DNA of 64,000 nucleotides from Lytechinus pictus (lineage: Eukaryota). Location of the stretch: assembly GCF_037042905.1 (NCBI RefSeq), contig NC_087245.1, positions 4,590,001-4,654,000 on the forward strand, read 5' to 3'. Shown here in pieces: positions 11,510-25,100 of this stretch. Numbering within the stretch: position 1 is the first letter of the stretch; each line of letters opens with the position of its first letter. Made by a program: the position numbers and the translations under genes. The notes beneath the pieces were generated by a model. The model saw only the letters and a program-made list of their open reading frames with translations. It ran no database searches and was not told where the DNA came from.

Positions 11510-12485
11510 GTGAGTTGGTTTGGGAATGTGATCAACCACATTCCTCTAGAGTAGCCAGGAGGTTCCTAGGGATTAAAGTCATTCACTGATGTGCTTATTC
11601 TCCATGGAGCCAGGGATTGTGCCACATTTATGTGCCTATACCAGGGATATAACGTCACCTTTAACCCCCCGATTTTCTGTGTTTCCTATCATGAATCCAG
11701 CCCTAAAATGTGTAAATGTCTGAGAATGTATTTCTTTTTAGCTTTGTGAATTAAGTTTATTTCAAAAATAAATATTTTCCCAATGATTATTGAAAAAAAA
11801 AGATTAAGAATACAGGAATTCATTCACCACTGCCGGCTATTCGCGTCTTCTAAATCCTTTTTTTTTTAAATAATTATTTTTAAAAATATGTATTTTTGAA
11901 ATGAATTTAATAAACCATATTGCCCTCGTCTAAAGACTTGGGCCAATATGATTCAGTTGCCAGCAATATAGATGTATTTGATGTTCCCTTCAAGGCCAGT
12001 AAATATTTAATTATTTAGTAGCAGTAATAATAACATATTTGTATAGCACACATATCCAACTTGTTAGTTGCTATATGGCCCTCCTATATTGACCTGGCTA
12101 TAGTCTTCAGATTCCGGGGCTCACAGCTCTTTGAGGAATTCCTCTTTTGGGGAACTCTCTCTCTCTCTCTTTATTTACCTGGCCAAAGAATCTGCAGGTC
12201 TGTCTGTCATGTCTGTTATTGCTATGTTTGAAAGAAAACTTAAATAATTTCCCTTTGATTAATTACAATGTATTAGACTTTTAAACTCACTTTAGATCAA
12301 CTGCTGTATTAGCTAAGCTGAAAATGATTAATTTTGTAGTCATTTTGGCTTTAATCATTTCATGAAATGTGGATTCATTGCCTCCATTCCCATGTTTTTA
12401 ATAACTTTTTTAAGAGGGCTACATGTATGCCTATGCCCTGATCTTATATTCATATAATTTTGCTCTGATTTCCCAGTCAACCATC

Positions 12486-12697
12486 ATGATGACATCGATG
12501 GCCACAAAATGGCGATGTCTGCTTTCCATGCAACAGAAATCCATCACACAGATGAAGAAATGTTTGTCTACATGTACAGTTGTCAAGAGTCACAATATGC
12601 AACTGACTGCACCACATCACCCATCTAAACATGGGCTGTTTTTTGCAAGAGGCTTCCAAACCACAAGTTGCTATCTTAATGAAGAGACCAACACAGG
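12486..12697 (+). CDS. GLS: Glutaminase coding exon 1, mitochondrial presequence-like
   Basis: Acceptor tttcccag before 12477, donor GTAAGT at 12698. Peptide is rich in K/R/S/T, has no acidic residue for about 65 aa, and contains ARGFQTTS. Phase 2 matches the next exon. Confidence 0.7.
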
Positions 12698-13096
12698 GTA
12701 AGTTATTTAGAAAAATGAGGATTTCTTCGCCATTAAAAAAAAATTATCTTAAAAATGGTATTTATTGTAATAAAATCAAACTTGCAGCTAAAGAATGAAT
12801 CAATTACATACATGTAGATTTGTTCAGAGTAAAATTCCAATCAATACATGTGCAAACAGATAATAGCAAATTATACAGTCCATCCACATAAAAAAAGGTT
12901 TACGCTTTATTCAGAAAGAATAGGAGATGAGAAGAATACTACTTTTAACAAATATTTCTTTAAAAATACGTAGTTGAGTAATATTGAATGAATAACAATG
13001 ATATCCGTGTAATTTGACAAGAGTGGATTGTCCTTCGAAAAAAATTATTTCCTATCATAAATAATTATCTTGTCAATAATGTTAACAGTTAACAGT

Positions 13097-13127
<31 letters not shown>

Positions 13128-16100
13128 GGGGGGGGGGGGTGGTTTGTTTTGGCCCTACATAGGAATTTCAAATGTTTTAGGTCACACTGGATTTTTCCTT
13201 TTTGCAAGATTTTAATTTGTGGGTTTCATATGATGTTCATCTGTACACAGGCTTGGCTTGCTTACTAAAAATTGTGGCCTGTTGCTTCAAGATTAGCAAT
13301 ATATGTAATTTTGATATTTCATTTGGAAAATTGCATGAAATTGACATGATTTCCTAGATTTTATGCCAATTCTGAAATACATGATTTATGATCACATGAA
13401 GCTCTTTTTGATAATCAATAACCATTTAGTATTTGAAGGTGTACTTGTACATGTTTTAACTTTTCTTTGTCAGGGTGCTGGATAAAATTAAAAATAGTTT
13501 TCTGCTTTCTTGACCAATACTAGTGCATATTGATTCTGATGTAAACATGAACAGAAATAGGAGAAATTAGTGAAGTACATGTATATCTAATGAAATCTAA
13601 GTCAAATATGACAAATGCAAAGATTATTTTCTTTCAAGCTAATATTTCATTTTCTTTATTTGGATATGATTTGATCATTAGCAGGGTGAGTGACGCTTCA
13701 ATAATTGAATGAAAGCTTAACACCTACTGCCTTCAACACATTGCAATAAATTGAGGGTACTATTTTAGGAAACTTGTCAGCACTGACCAAATGGTTGCAG
13801 TTGACATTCAAAGGCCTGTGTTCAATCAATACAAAGGATTTCAATAACACCAGTCATTGCTGACAATTTTCATGAAGTGGTTTACATAATTATTGATCAA
13901 CATGTAGATCACCCACCCAGGGGTATTTCAGAATATCATGGATGGATATGATATGTTTTTTTAAACACTTGTATAATGCCATGTTGGCATATCTGAAAAG
14001 CTTTCAAGAAATTCAGGCTGCTCGGGAGTCACACTAATTACAAATTTGAAAACTTTTTTTCAAGAGTCTCATTGATTTTTATTATTTGGTAATATTCTTT
14101 TGTGTGATACATTCTCTGAATTATTTTCAATACTTGCGTGCTTTTAATATGTGTTTTGTTGTTCCTGTGAACACAGGTCATCACATACTCGTGCCAGGTA
14201 CGTCTAACTGTTCATGAAGTTGAGCTTTGAAATTATGTTGAGTTGTTGTTCATTCCCTATTGACAATTTTCGTTGAAGTGTACATTAGGGAAGATGTTTG
14301 AAGATAGTTCTATGACTTCTATCTGAATTTTATATGAAAACAAATATTCAGCTGAAATAACAAAGACTTTTTGAACTATTACATTTCTTACATGTATTTG
14401 TCTTTGTTTTATTAAGATAATGCATGGCAATAAATCTTTCGTATTGCAGACATTGATCTAACAAAAATTAATTTTCTCAGATTGTTTTGTCTGAATTGAA
14501 TCTTGTTAATAATTTGTATGTAGAAATCACCTTCTTAAACCTTGAAATCTACATCAATTTCTCATTTTTAGAATATGTTGTTACAAGTACTTTCAGCTAC
14601 ATGTACATGTAGACTCAATTTTTTAAGTTTTGAAGTTCACTGTTTTGATAGATAATGAATGAATTGAACTGAAAACCATAGAAAATGCAAATTACACATA
14701 CCATTTTAGTGGCATCAATTTAGTGAATTTACATTTACATATTCAGAAGCAGTTAATTTTTTTTACATGTTTAGCAGGAAGAAGGCCCATGTTACCACTT
14801 TAAAATCTTGGGCAATCCTTCAATTTTAGAGGGTCATTCATAAGTCCCAGTGACACAGGTCTAATTATGCTACAGTATATTGTGATTCATGAAGGTTTTC
14901 ACATTTTATTTATGAGTGAAATGTACAACGTTCAAGGCCTGCATTGCATTGATTTCTCATGAACTTCATTTGCTGCTTTCATTCATATTGTGGAAGCTGA
15001 GTGGGTTTTCTTTTCCATCTCACCATATCTGTACATCATAAGTAGTCTGTAGTTGATGATTAAATGCAGGAAAGGTATCTTAGCTTTAATGCAGTGGTTG
15101 TTCTAAAAAGAAAGAAATCAAATTCATGCTGCTTGAATTAAAATCCATCTTTGTTTATCCAGCATCATTGCCATGTACTGTAAATAGTACACTAGTTTTT
15201 TTAGTGATGCCTTGTTTCATTCAACCCTAGTACTTTAAAGTACACATGATGTAATATATGCATGGCATTTTTTTTATGAAAAAAATTGATAATGTCATTG
15301 GTCTGTACAGTATAAAAACAGATAACAAAATAAAATCACTTCATTACGAATAGCTGCAAATGTGCATTCATTATACTGGGATATACATTCAGTTGATTGT
15401 TCACTTCTCATGATCTTGGAAAAGTGCATGTGGCATTGCTTCCAACCTAAACCTTGCTTTACACTGAACAAAGTATCACTGATTCTACCAGGAATCAACT
15501 TTCCTTTTTCATCAAAGTGACTATGTACTAAACTTATCACAAACTTATAGTTGTTTGGATTTTAAAATGAGAATCTGATTGAAATTAGCTAATACTTAAA
15601 AGTTATTGCGTTTGGTACCAATATCAGAATTATTTTGTGGCAGATACTTCCATTCCATTCACAGTATAATAAAATTTCAGAGTTTGTATAAAGTGAAAGA
15701 TTTTAAACTCTCATTTGACATGGTACGAAGGTATAGTCATCTGTACATGCAGTGAGAGAGTTTTTATAAAGTAGCCAGTCTCAATTGTTCATATACCGGT
15801 ACTTTTCATTCTTGATTCATGAATTGCCTCAATGTACAAATAGAGTAGGGGAAGGCGGGGTAAGTTGAGCATAGGGGCAAGATGAGCCACCACCCCAGGC
15901 CAATAATGAATGAGTCAGACATCATGGTGGTGTCATGTATTGATGACCCATTACATAACCCTTAAAGGACAAGTCCACCCGACCAAAAAGTTGATTTGAA
16001 AAAAGGAGAAAAATCCAACGAGCAAAACACTGAAAATTTCATCCAAATCGAATGAAAAATAAGAAAGTTATGACATTTTAAAGTTTCGCTTAATTTCACA

Positions 16101-19100
16101 AAACAGTTATATGCACATCCTGGTCGGTATGCAAATTGGCAGACTGATGACGTCACCCACTCACTATTTCTTTTGTATTTTATTATATGAAATATGATAT
16201 ATTCTAATTTTCTCCTCCTTGTCAAGTAAAACAAAGCTTTATTTCTCCCTGAACATGTGGAATTGTCATTATTTTAACAGTTTATGGTTAAGTTAAGTTG
16301 GTCCTTTTTGTCAAATTTGTAAAAATTGAAATATTGTATTATTCAAACAATAAAAAACAAAAGAAATGGTGAGTGATGGACATCATCGACTCTCTCATTT
16401 GCATATCGCTAAGTTGTGCATTTAACTGTTTTGTGAAAAATAAGCGAAACTTGAAAATGTCATAACTTTCTTATTTTACATCCGATTTCGATGAAATTTG
16501 CAGCGTTAAGTTTGTTTGATTTTTCTCTATCGTTTCAAATCAACAATTTTCTGGTGTGGACTTGACCTTTAACCCCACCACATTGTTTTCAACTTTAAAA
16601 TAAAAAGTACTTTTTTAGATGGAAAAATACAAATTTCACAAAAAAAAGTAAGAAAAGGTGTGAAATAGATCAGTGCTTTTGACCCACACACTTCTTAAAA
16701 TATAATAAAGAAATAGGAGCAATATCGTTAGTCCAGGTATGGATTTTCATTCTTGTCATGGTTTACATGATGGATGCATAAGAAATGTGTGGATGTGAAA
16801 ATATCGCATGAAGTTCGGAATGGGGTAATTTTAGCCAGCCAACATGGGGCAAGTTGAGCCATGGTAATTCTTATGGTAATGTATAATAAAAAAAAAGACC
16901 TTAAAAAGCCATTTATATGCAGGCAGAAAGGAGCAAATTCACATGACAGTTCTTTTACTTTTAAAGGATGTTAGTATTTAAAGCGAATTAGCAAGTGAAA
17001 GGACTTTAAATAAAAAATTGACATGCTGGTTCTTCCCACATACATTTTGTATGTAGTTTTTGTGGCTCAACTTACCCCAGAAGGTGGCACAGCTTACCCC
17101 ACAAATGGGGCAAGTTGAGCCATTTGACATCGTTTTTTTTTTGTCAAAGGTTGCAATGACTTTCAGTGTGGGGGTAGAAAGTGATATATAGGTTACAAAT
17201 AATCAAAATTAAAGGCAAGGTACCTATTTCTACAATATTATTGGTCATATAAATTCTAACATGCAAAATGCAAAAAGTGTCACAACTTACCCTGCCTTCC
17301 CCTACATCACCCTTCCCTATTTTCCCCATTACTGGTGTAATCTCTTGCATGAGGTTTCTAGCAGAAGAACCACTCACATGTTAAATCTTACTGGTTTAAT
17401 CTCTTGCATGAGGTTTCTAGCAGCAGAACCACTCACATGTTAAATCATTTGAAACATGTCATCTTTATGACATGAAATAGATGATTGCATGACCACTATT
17501 TTGCTTTTCAGAAAGTAATGTGGATGATGTTGTATCATTCTCAGCACTACACACCCCTCTTAGGCAAATAATGTATCGTTTATGGAGAGAGTGAACTATC
17601 TATCACTTGTTCCCCAAGTCTGAGGTTGTTTCCCACTTATATCATTGTTTTAGGCTAGTAATATTTTAGTATCACATTCCCCAGTGCTCATCAGCATTCT
17701 TGTTCTGTAGCATGTCTTTCTGTGCTGTGGATGCCCACAATCAAAGTGTTGCTTATTTGAATGTAATGTGGATATTCAATAGAACTCCAATTCGCTACAT
17801 GTGGCTCTCTAGATTTATTTTGCCTTTCCATCATGTCTTTCTAGATCAATCAAATTGGACGATTATGGGAATGGTCCCCGTAATAAAGGAATACATGTAC
17901 CTGATGGTTTTCAGTATGTATTGTATGTATTTCTTGTAATGAGAAAATCATGTTTTGGGGGGGAAAGTGTGCTGTTTGTTTCACAGTTGTAAGGTCAGAT
18001 TGTCATTGCAGTATGTTTTGTTTTAGTGATATTCAAATAGGGCATATACGTGAAAATTTTAGGCTAACATATACTGTAAAGCACCCGCCCCTTCCTCATT
18101 ACGAGAGATGTGTACGCGTTGAAAAAGATGCATACATTACATATTTGCTAGCAAAAACCATATTGCATCATAAATTTTGAATGTAAAGTAAAATTGATTG
18201 TTGCTATTAAAAAGTTTGACTGCAATATTCATGACTCAATTTACTGTACAGTACATTGTAGATACCTCCATGTTTGCAGTGCCTATCATGTTTAATCACA
18301 GCTGATTCCATCTTTATTTTCCACTCATTTCAAAGTTCTTTTCATGTGTAAAAACATAGATAAGAATAAATAGAAATAGCTCATTAGTCCAGATATCAGT
18401 TTTAGCTCGAATTAAAGCCCAACAGATACCTGACAGTCAATCATTAATCATTTTCAAAGTTGAGTTTGAATAAAAAGAGAAAAGTAAAACAGGCATTACA
18501 CTGAAAACTGCCTCAAAAACAGTTCACAACACAGTGCTTTATTAGAGAGTCAATGATGTGACTACGGTAACTCATTATACATGTAGGTTGTATGTCTGAG
18601 AAGTATTTCAATTTGTGCGGATTTGCCAAAGGAGACTGTCAAATTGCAATACTTCATGGCATTTCCACATATATTATGATTCAAACTTTTTTGTGCCTTA
18701 CAATGAGGAGAATATAATGTTAAAATACATGTACATAAGAGTGCGAAATTGGCTCAATCGGTAAAGCATCTGCCTGTCGAACCGAAGGTCATGGGTTCGA
18801 GTCCACCCCTGGTGGATGACTGATGCCTGTGTTGTGTGTAAATGTCTCCCCTATTCCATAGATGCAGGCTATGTTACAATGAAAAAACTCTGTTTCGTGA
18901 ATACGACGTTGTGTAGAGGAGAGCAGAGATGCCAACCGTTACGGATTCGCCGTATTTGTTCCGATTTTATTCCTCCAATTACGGTGTTACGGCAACAATA
19001 AAAAGGTTACGGAAAAAACAACTACAATACATGTGTATTGTGTATTGTGTATTGCTTTGCTGTGCATGTGTATATATATGCGTGTATTGTGTATTGTGCA

Positions 19101-22100
19101 TGTATATGCGTGTATTGTGTATACATGTATCGTGCATGCAGCGTGTGTGTGGCCAACGGTAAACCAACGGGAGTTTCTCTACTATAATTTATAAACGCGC
19201 GCACTGCCTACTACGTTCATTGAGTTATGCTTTTATCAAGGCTTTCTGATTAGAATTATCGATATCCTGGCCAATCAATGCGAGCGACAAGTTCCGAACG
19301 CACGCACATAGACAAGCACAAATCAGCGGCACGAATCGCGGTATAATTAATAGCGACTGGTAAATACGATTATATCCTACATAGAGTAAATCCTGTATAG
19401 TGATTGGTTCAAGTAGCATCATGTGACCTAATATATTTCAACTATGATGTTGCGTGACGTCAGACCTCGATATATTTTTGGATATATCGAGGTCTGACGT
19501 CATTATTTCGCAAAACTGGATATCTAGCTAAACTCTCGGGCGCACTGGCCAGCGCGCTCTCTCTCCCGGGCAAGTCCCGCGATGCGTCGGCGCAGGCACT
19601 AATCTGCGTTCCGCTGAGCGCGGTGGCTCGGAGAAAAGTAGGTAATTCAACTCAAGTAACCGGACTTTGCAAGCTCAACACATAGATTTTGGTTGTAAAT
19701 TATCAAAAGTAGGATATAAAACAGATATACCAGGCGTTTCATTCGAAAGCATAGTGGGAATTATTAATCCTCGGTTGGACTGGCAAAACTACTATATTTC
19801 CCTCGGGGCTTCGCCCCTCGGGAAAAATAGTAATTGCCAGACCAACCTCGGATAAATAATTCCACTATACTTTCTCAAAGCCTGATATATTTGTTTACTG
19901 TAAAGATGATGACGTCATCCAAGATGGCAACTTACGATGACCAACGAAGGAATCGAGGATGACTAAGTTTTTATCATCATTTGAAAGGAATTAGCGGTAA
20001 CTGCGGTCTAAGGTACGATGTTTCTTAATTTTATATATTTTCTCGTAAGTTTGGATGTAATTATTTTTTCATAATGTGACATTTGATGTACCAAAAACGA
20101 TCCGAAAATCGGGTTTCCGCCGAATGTTAGATCTAACGTTACTGCTGCATGCTGATACGGAACTCGGGGAGCTCCGGCCCGAAAAGCGGGCCGGAGCTCC
20201 TTGGGTTACGTACGTATCAGCTAGCCCAGATCTCCCTGGGTTAGCTGATACGTTGTCTTAATGTACGGGCCAACAACTCTTCAGTCTATGTATTGGTGAG
20301 TGGAGCCAACGCGGTTCAGCTGAACAACCAAAATACAGAGACTGAAGCTTTTGGTCTAGCGTTCTATGAGAAACACACAACTAACAGTTTTTCAAACCTA
20401 AGTCCTAATTGACTTCAAAGTCATCAATCACAACAAGGTAAGAAGCCACTTGGTCCTCCCCCCCCCTCCCCTAAATTTGAGGTGGGGGCAGACCCCCCCC
20501 CTCCTAATTATTATTATTATTATTATTTTTTTTTTTTTTTTTTTTTTTTGCTTGTCCAATTTTTTACCTGTGACATGTGTCCATCCCAAAATTAAAGGTG
20601 GACCCCCCCTAATTTTTTTTTTCTTGGACACTGTCCCGGCCCGCGATGAGTTTCAGTATTTTTGGAGGACACCTAGTGGCATCCCTGTATAAACGATGCT
20701 ACTTCGCGGGATGTTCCTGAGAAACTCCCATTTGTTCCTGACAAATATGGTAAATGTTCCTGACAACCATCCCTTTAGGTTGGCATCTCTGGGAGAGTCT
20801 CCACCTTTGCACGCAAAGAACCGACTACACTATTTGTAAAAAAGTAGGGGGAAAACCCGGTGTAATGGTCCTCCTTCATCCCCCAATCAGTGATATCAGG
20901 AAGAGAGACCTGCAGGTCATAGTGATTAAGTTCACTTTTCACCTCCTAAACAAATAATGATAAGAAGAAAAAATAGTGAGAGGATTTGATCAGTTCCCTT
21001 ATTTGCATATGTCCAGGGGCCTTTTGCAGAAAGAGTTGCAATCAAACGCAACTCAAAAAATCTTACGCAACTTGATTTTCAGCCAATGAAGCACCCGTAT
21101 TCAGGATTTGCGCTTGATATTTTCCTTTGCATTTAAACGCAACTCTTTCTGCAACAGGCCCCTGGTTGTGCACACTTTTCTACTACATTGTGAAATTGAG
21201 TAGAAAAAAAGTAGGGGGAAACCCCGGTGTAATGGTCCACCTTCATCCCCCCAATCAGTGATATCAGGAGGAGAGACCTGCAGGTCATAGTGATTCAGTT
21301 CGCTTTTCACCTCCTAAACAAATAATGATAAGAAGAAAAAATCGTGAGAGGATTTGATCAGTTCCCTTATTTGCATATATCCAGGGGCCTTTTGCAGAAA
21401 GAGTTGCAATCAAACGCAACTCAAAAAAATCTTATGCAACTTGATTTTCAGCCAATGAAGCACCCGTATTCAGGATTTGCGCTTGATATTTTCACTTGCA
21501 TTTAAACACAACTCTTTCTGCAACAGGCCCCTGGTTGTGCACATTTTTCTACTACATTGTGAAATTGAGTAGAAATTATGTCTATAAATAGTATGAGATA
21601 GCATTGACATGTAAATGTACTGTGGATCCATCCTCATCTAAAAACCATGGTCAGTCAGAACTTGTCATTAGTATCAGTTGTTAGTGAATTTGCCTGTGAG
21701 TTGTTATTTATTAGACTGGTCACATGTGATGTGATACATTTCAGCCTACATGTATCATATGATTATGATCTACTCATGTATCACCATTTAATATTAAAAT
21801 CCTTGTATTTCCAATGAGCACCTGAAATGGCAGTAGAAATAAATAGAAAACTAGACTATTTATATTTAGTCTTGTTATTGTAGTGTTGTGTATATGTATA
21901 TGTAAGTAGGACCAGCAAAGTATGCTTTATGACGTAATAGTTCTGGGTTCTACTGCTTGTTACATTTTTACGTGTAAATTTCATCTTGATTACGGGTCAG
22001 TGCTGACCCTTTGAGAAAGGAGCATTTGAACGATTATCAAAACGTTTGCCATGGCAAGAAAATAAGCATGTTTCCAATTATGTACAGTCAGACCGCAGGT

Positions 22101-25100
22101 CCCTATGCTAATGAGCAAAAAGGCCAGATTCATCCAAATCATCTCGTGGCTGAATCCTCCTCCTTGCAAAATCTCGTGATTCGTGAGATTTTCTTTCTCT
22201 AAGAATTTACCTGTTTTAACCTCAAGTTAAATGAAATATTATTACACCATCAGATAGAGTAAAAGTTACTCTTTCATTTTTGTCATTTATTTTGTATACA
22301 ATATTTTGTTAAATAAGTAAATTTCTGGCCTGAAAATGTGCCTTAAAACTGAATTTTCTTCCTCTGTTTTCTTTTGCAAATTTTGCAAAACTTTTTATTT
22401 GAGCCTCAATGATATCTATGACCCCTGTTACATCTGAGAGATTCCCTACCTCGGGCCGGCCCGGGGCCTACCTCGGGTCGGAAAGAAATCAGATGTAAAC
22501 ATCCCAAACCTACCTCGGGCCACCTTTTAGCGAACCTACCCGAGACCACATCAAGAGGTAGTCTCGGGTAGGTATCGGGCCGGCCCCGGTCCACCGATTC
22601 GTAGATGTAAACGCACACAAGCTTTCAAACCTATCTCGGTCCGTTCGCCAGCTGTCAAATTATGTCATAGCGCCCTTTGGTGTCAGCAATCGGATACCGC
22701 TCGAAACCGTACCGATAGGGGAGGGAATGAACGCTGTGATGTAAACAGACCACATTTCGGACTCGGTCCGTTCGCGAAGCTAATCCACCAATAATCCAGT
22801 CAAGGTTGCAAGTGGACTCGGTCGGGTCTCGGGTAGGAAACTTTCAGATGTAACAGGGGCCTATATCACCATAAAGCTGAGCTTCTGTACTTTCTCACAA
22901 TGCCAAACTTGATATGCGGCACCTTTTAATCGGGTCAAGATCACACTTTTCCCACCAAGGTACAAGACGAGATTTCTGAAATGTTGCACTTGCAAGAAAT
23001 CCAGAGTTCTGATTGGCTGGATAAGGTTCACAGAACAACAGGCGCGGGATATTTGAGGAGATTACCACATGGGAAGTGTGACCTTCCCACGAACCCAGGC
23101 ACTGGAACCGTTGGAATTTGCCATTGTGTGGTCTCTTTGACCAATCAGAGAGCAGTATTCTTGTTTTCAAGCTGCTTTATGTACCTGGCAAATGAAAAGT
23201 GTGATCTTGACCCGATTAAACCAATTCTTATTTTGAAACCTATATCATTTTAAAGCATACATATTCAGCTTTATCATGATATAAAAATCATTTGGGCTCA
23301 AACAAAAGTAAAGTGTGAAAATAGCAGCTTTTGTCAGGTGAAAATATTTATTTTGTAGCATATTTTAGATTAAAATTTTAACCTATATTACAAAATCTTT
23401 GAATAAATCCAAACACATGACCTGAAAGAATGATTCTTCTTCTTTACAATGGTACCAAATTCATGAAATTCGATGCACAATTAGAGCAGCAACGACCGAA
23501 TGAAAAGAGGTGTTTTGGTCCGCATCAAGCTCATTAAATATGCAAAACATCTCAAGTCATGAATATCACTTGGATGAAAGAAGCCACTTTCTTGGGACCT
23601 GCAGTCTGACTGTGTAAATGTATACTTTTTAAGTTTTATAATCATTTCTTCTTTCTATATTTTTCAACACAAGAATGGAGTGTCTCATTATTACAAATTA
23701 CAATCCATGATAGACTGTCCATTCCGTCCTACCTGTATGACATGTTTATGATTTTTCACTTTGATCCCAATGTTAAACTCTCTACATTTTGCTGACTTGT
23801 TTTTGTCTTTCAGCTTCTATTCCATCAAATTTCTATTCATGTTCAACCATAATCACATTTGCCCATCCCCTATCTGTAGTTTCTGCAAGTACGGTAGTCA
23901 TCCTTTGTGAAAATGTAGAAATAAATGGTAGTATATTTTGATTTGTCTCTATCCTGTAGTGGAAATGTGTCTACAGTAAGGAAAAGGTGAGAGATTTAAA
24001 ATTTGAAACAATTTTGTTCATTTTCATTTACACTGTTATTCCAATCAAATCATCAAAATTGGCAACCATTTATCTGAAATATTCACACACAGGCAATGTA
24101 AAATGAACTTATATTTTATAATTTTCTTTTGATATGATGTAAAATGATGACCTTCAGATTATCCAAAAGAAAATTTTACAAAACAATCAATAGTTTTCTC
24201 TTAAATTGAAATTAAGTAAAAAACAATATACAGTATGTGGTCCCATGTATAGATTTTTTTTAATGGTTTGGATTCTCCTATAAGGAGATGCATAAGAAAA
24301 AAATTTGTGGCTAATTATGTTCCACTTTTGTATTTATGAAATCCCATATGAGTTTTAATAGAAAAAATTGATCAAGATTTGAAATAGAGCCAATATCAAT
24401 TTTTGGAAAATGTCCACTTTTGCTTGGAATTGCCCAAGAGTCTATTTTCTAATTATTTTAGAATTTGTAGAAATTGTAGAATGTGTTCTATTCACATATA
24501 TTGTATGAGTATGGTATTCTCTAGTTCTGAAAAAGTTAACCCTGCGTGTCGGTAAATTTAGACCACATTTTTATGAAGTGACATTTGTCAACTAAGTCAC
24601 CAAATAAATCCTGTAGTGAATATCAATCCCCAAAATAATTATGTTGTGAAATTTTTAAGAAAGTGGTGATATGAGTACTTGTACAATGAATGTCAATTAA
24701 TTCTTTGGAATAAATAACATTTTTTAAAAATGTTGAATAAAAAGGCCAAGCATACATTATACATGTGATTAATGTTTGTTTAGTCTGCAATTAAACTTAC
24801 AATGTAGGTTTAATTTGAGAATACAACCATCTACAATACATGTATGCTATACTGTATGATGTCAGTCTGTACACTGTACATTAAAAACTGGATGCAAGTC
24901 CTGGATACTGAAAGCAGAATTATATCATTTGATTTCATGCCCAAATTTAAACTTCCTGATTCATTTTTTTATACAATTTTGATCCTGCATGTTTGATATT
25001 ATCAAGGATACGTCTTTTTTGTAATTCTCATGCTTGTTTCCATGGTATCATTGCAAAAAGTGGAGTTGTATGCATGAAATCCATCAAGCTTTTAAAAAAA

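Noticed and set aside
18739..18815. tRNA gene on the plus strand
   Set aside because: No proper cloverleaf; it is continuous with a SINE body.
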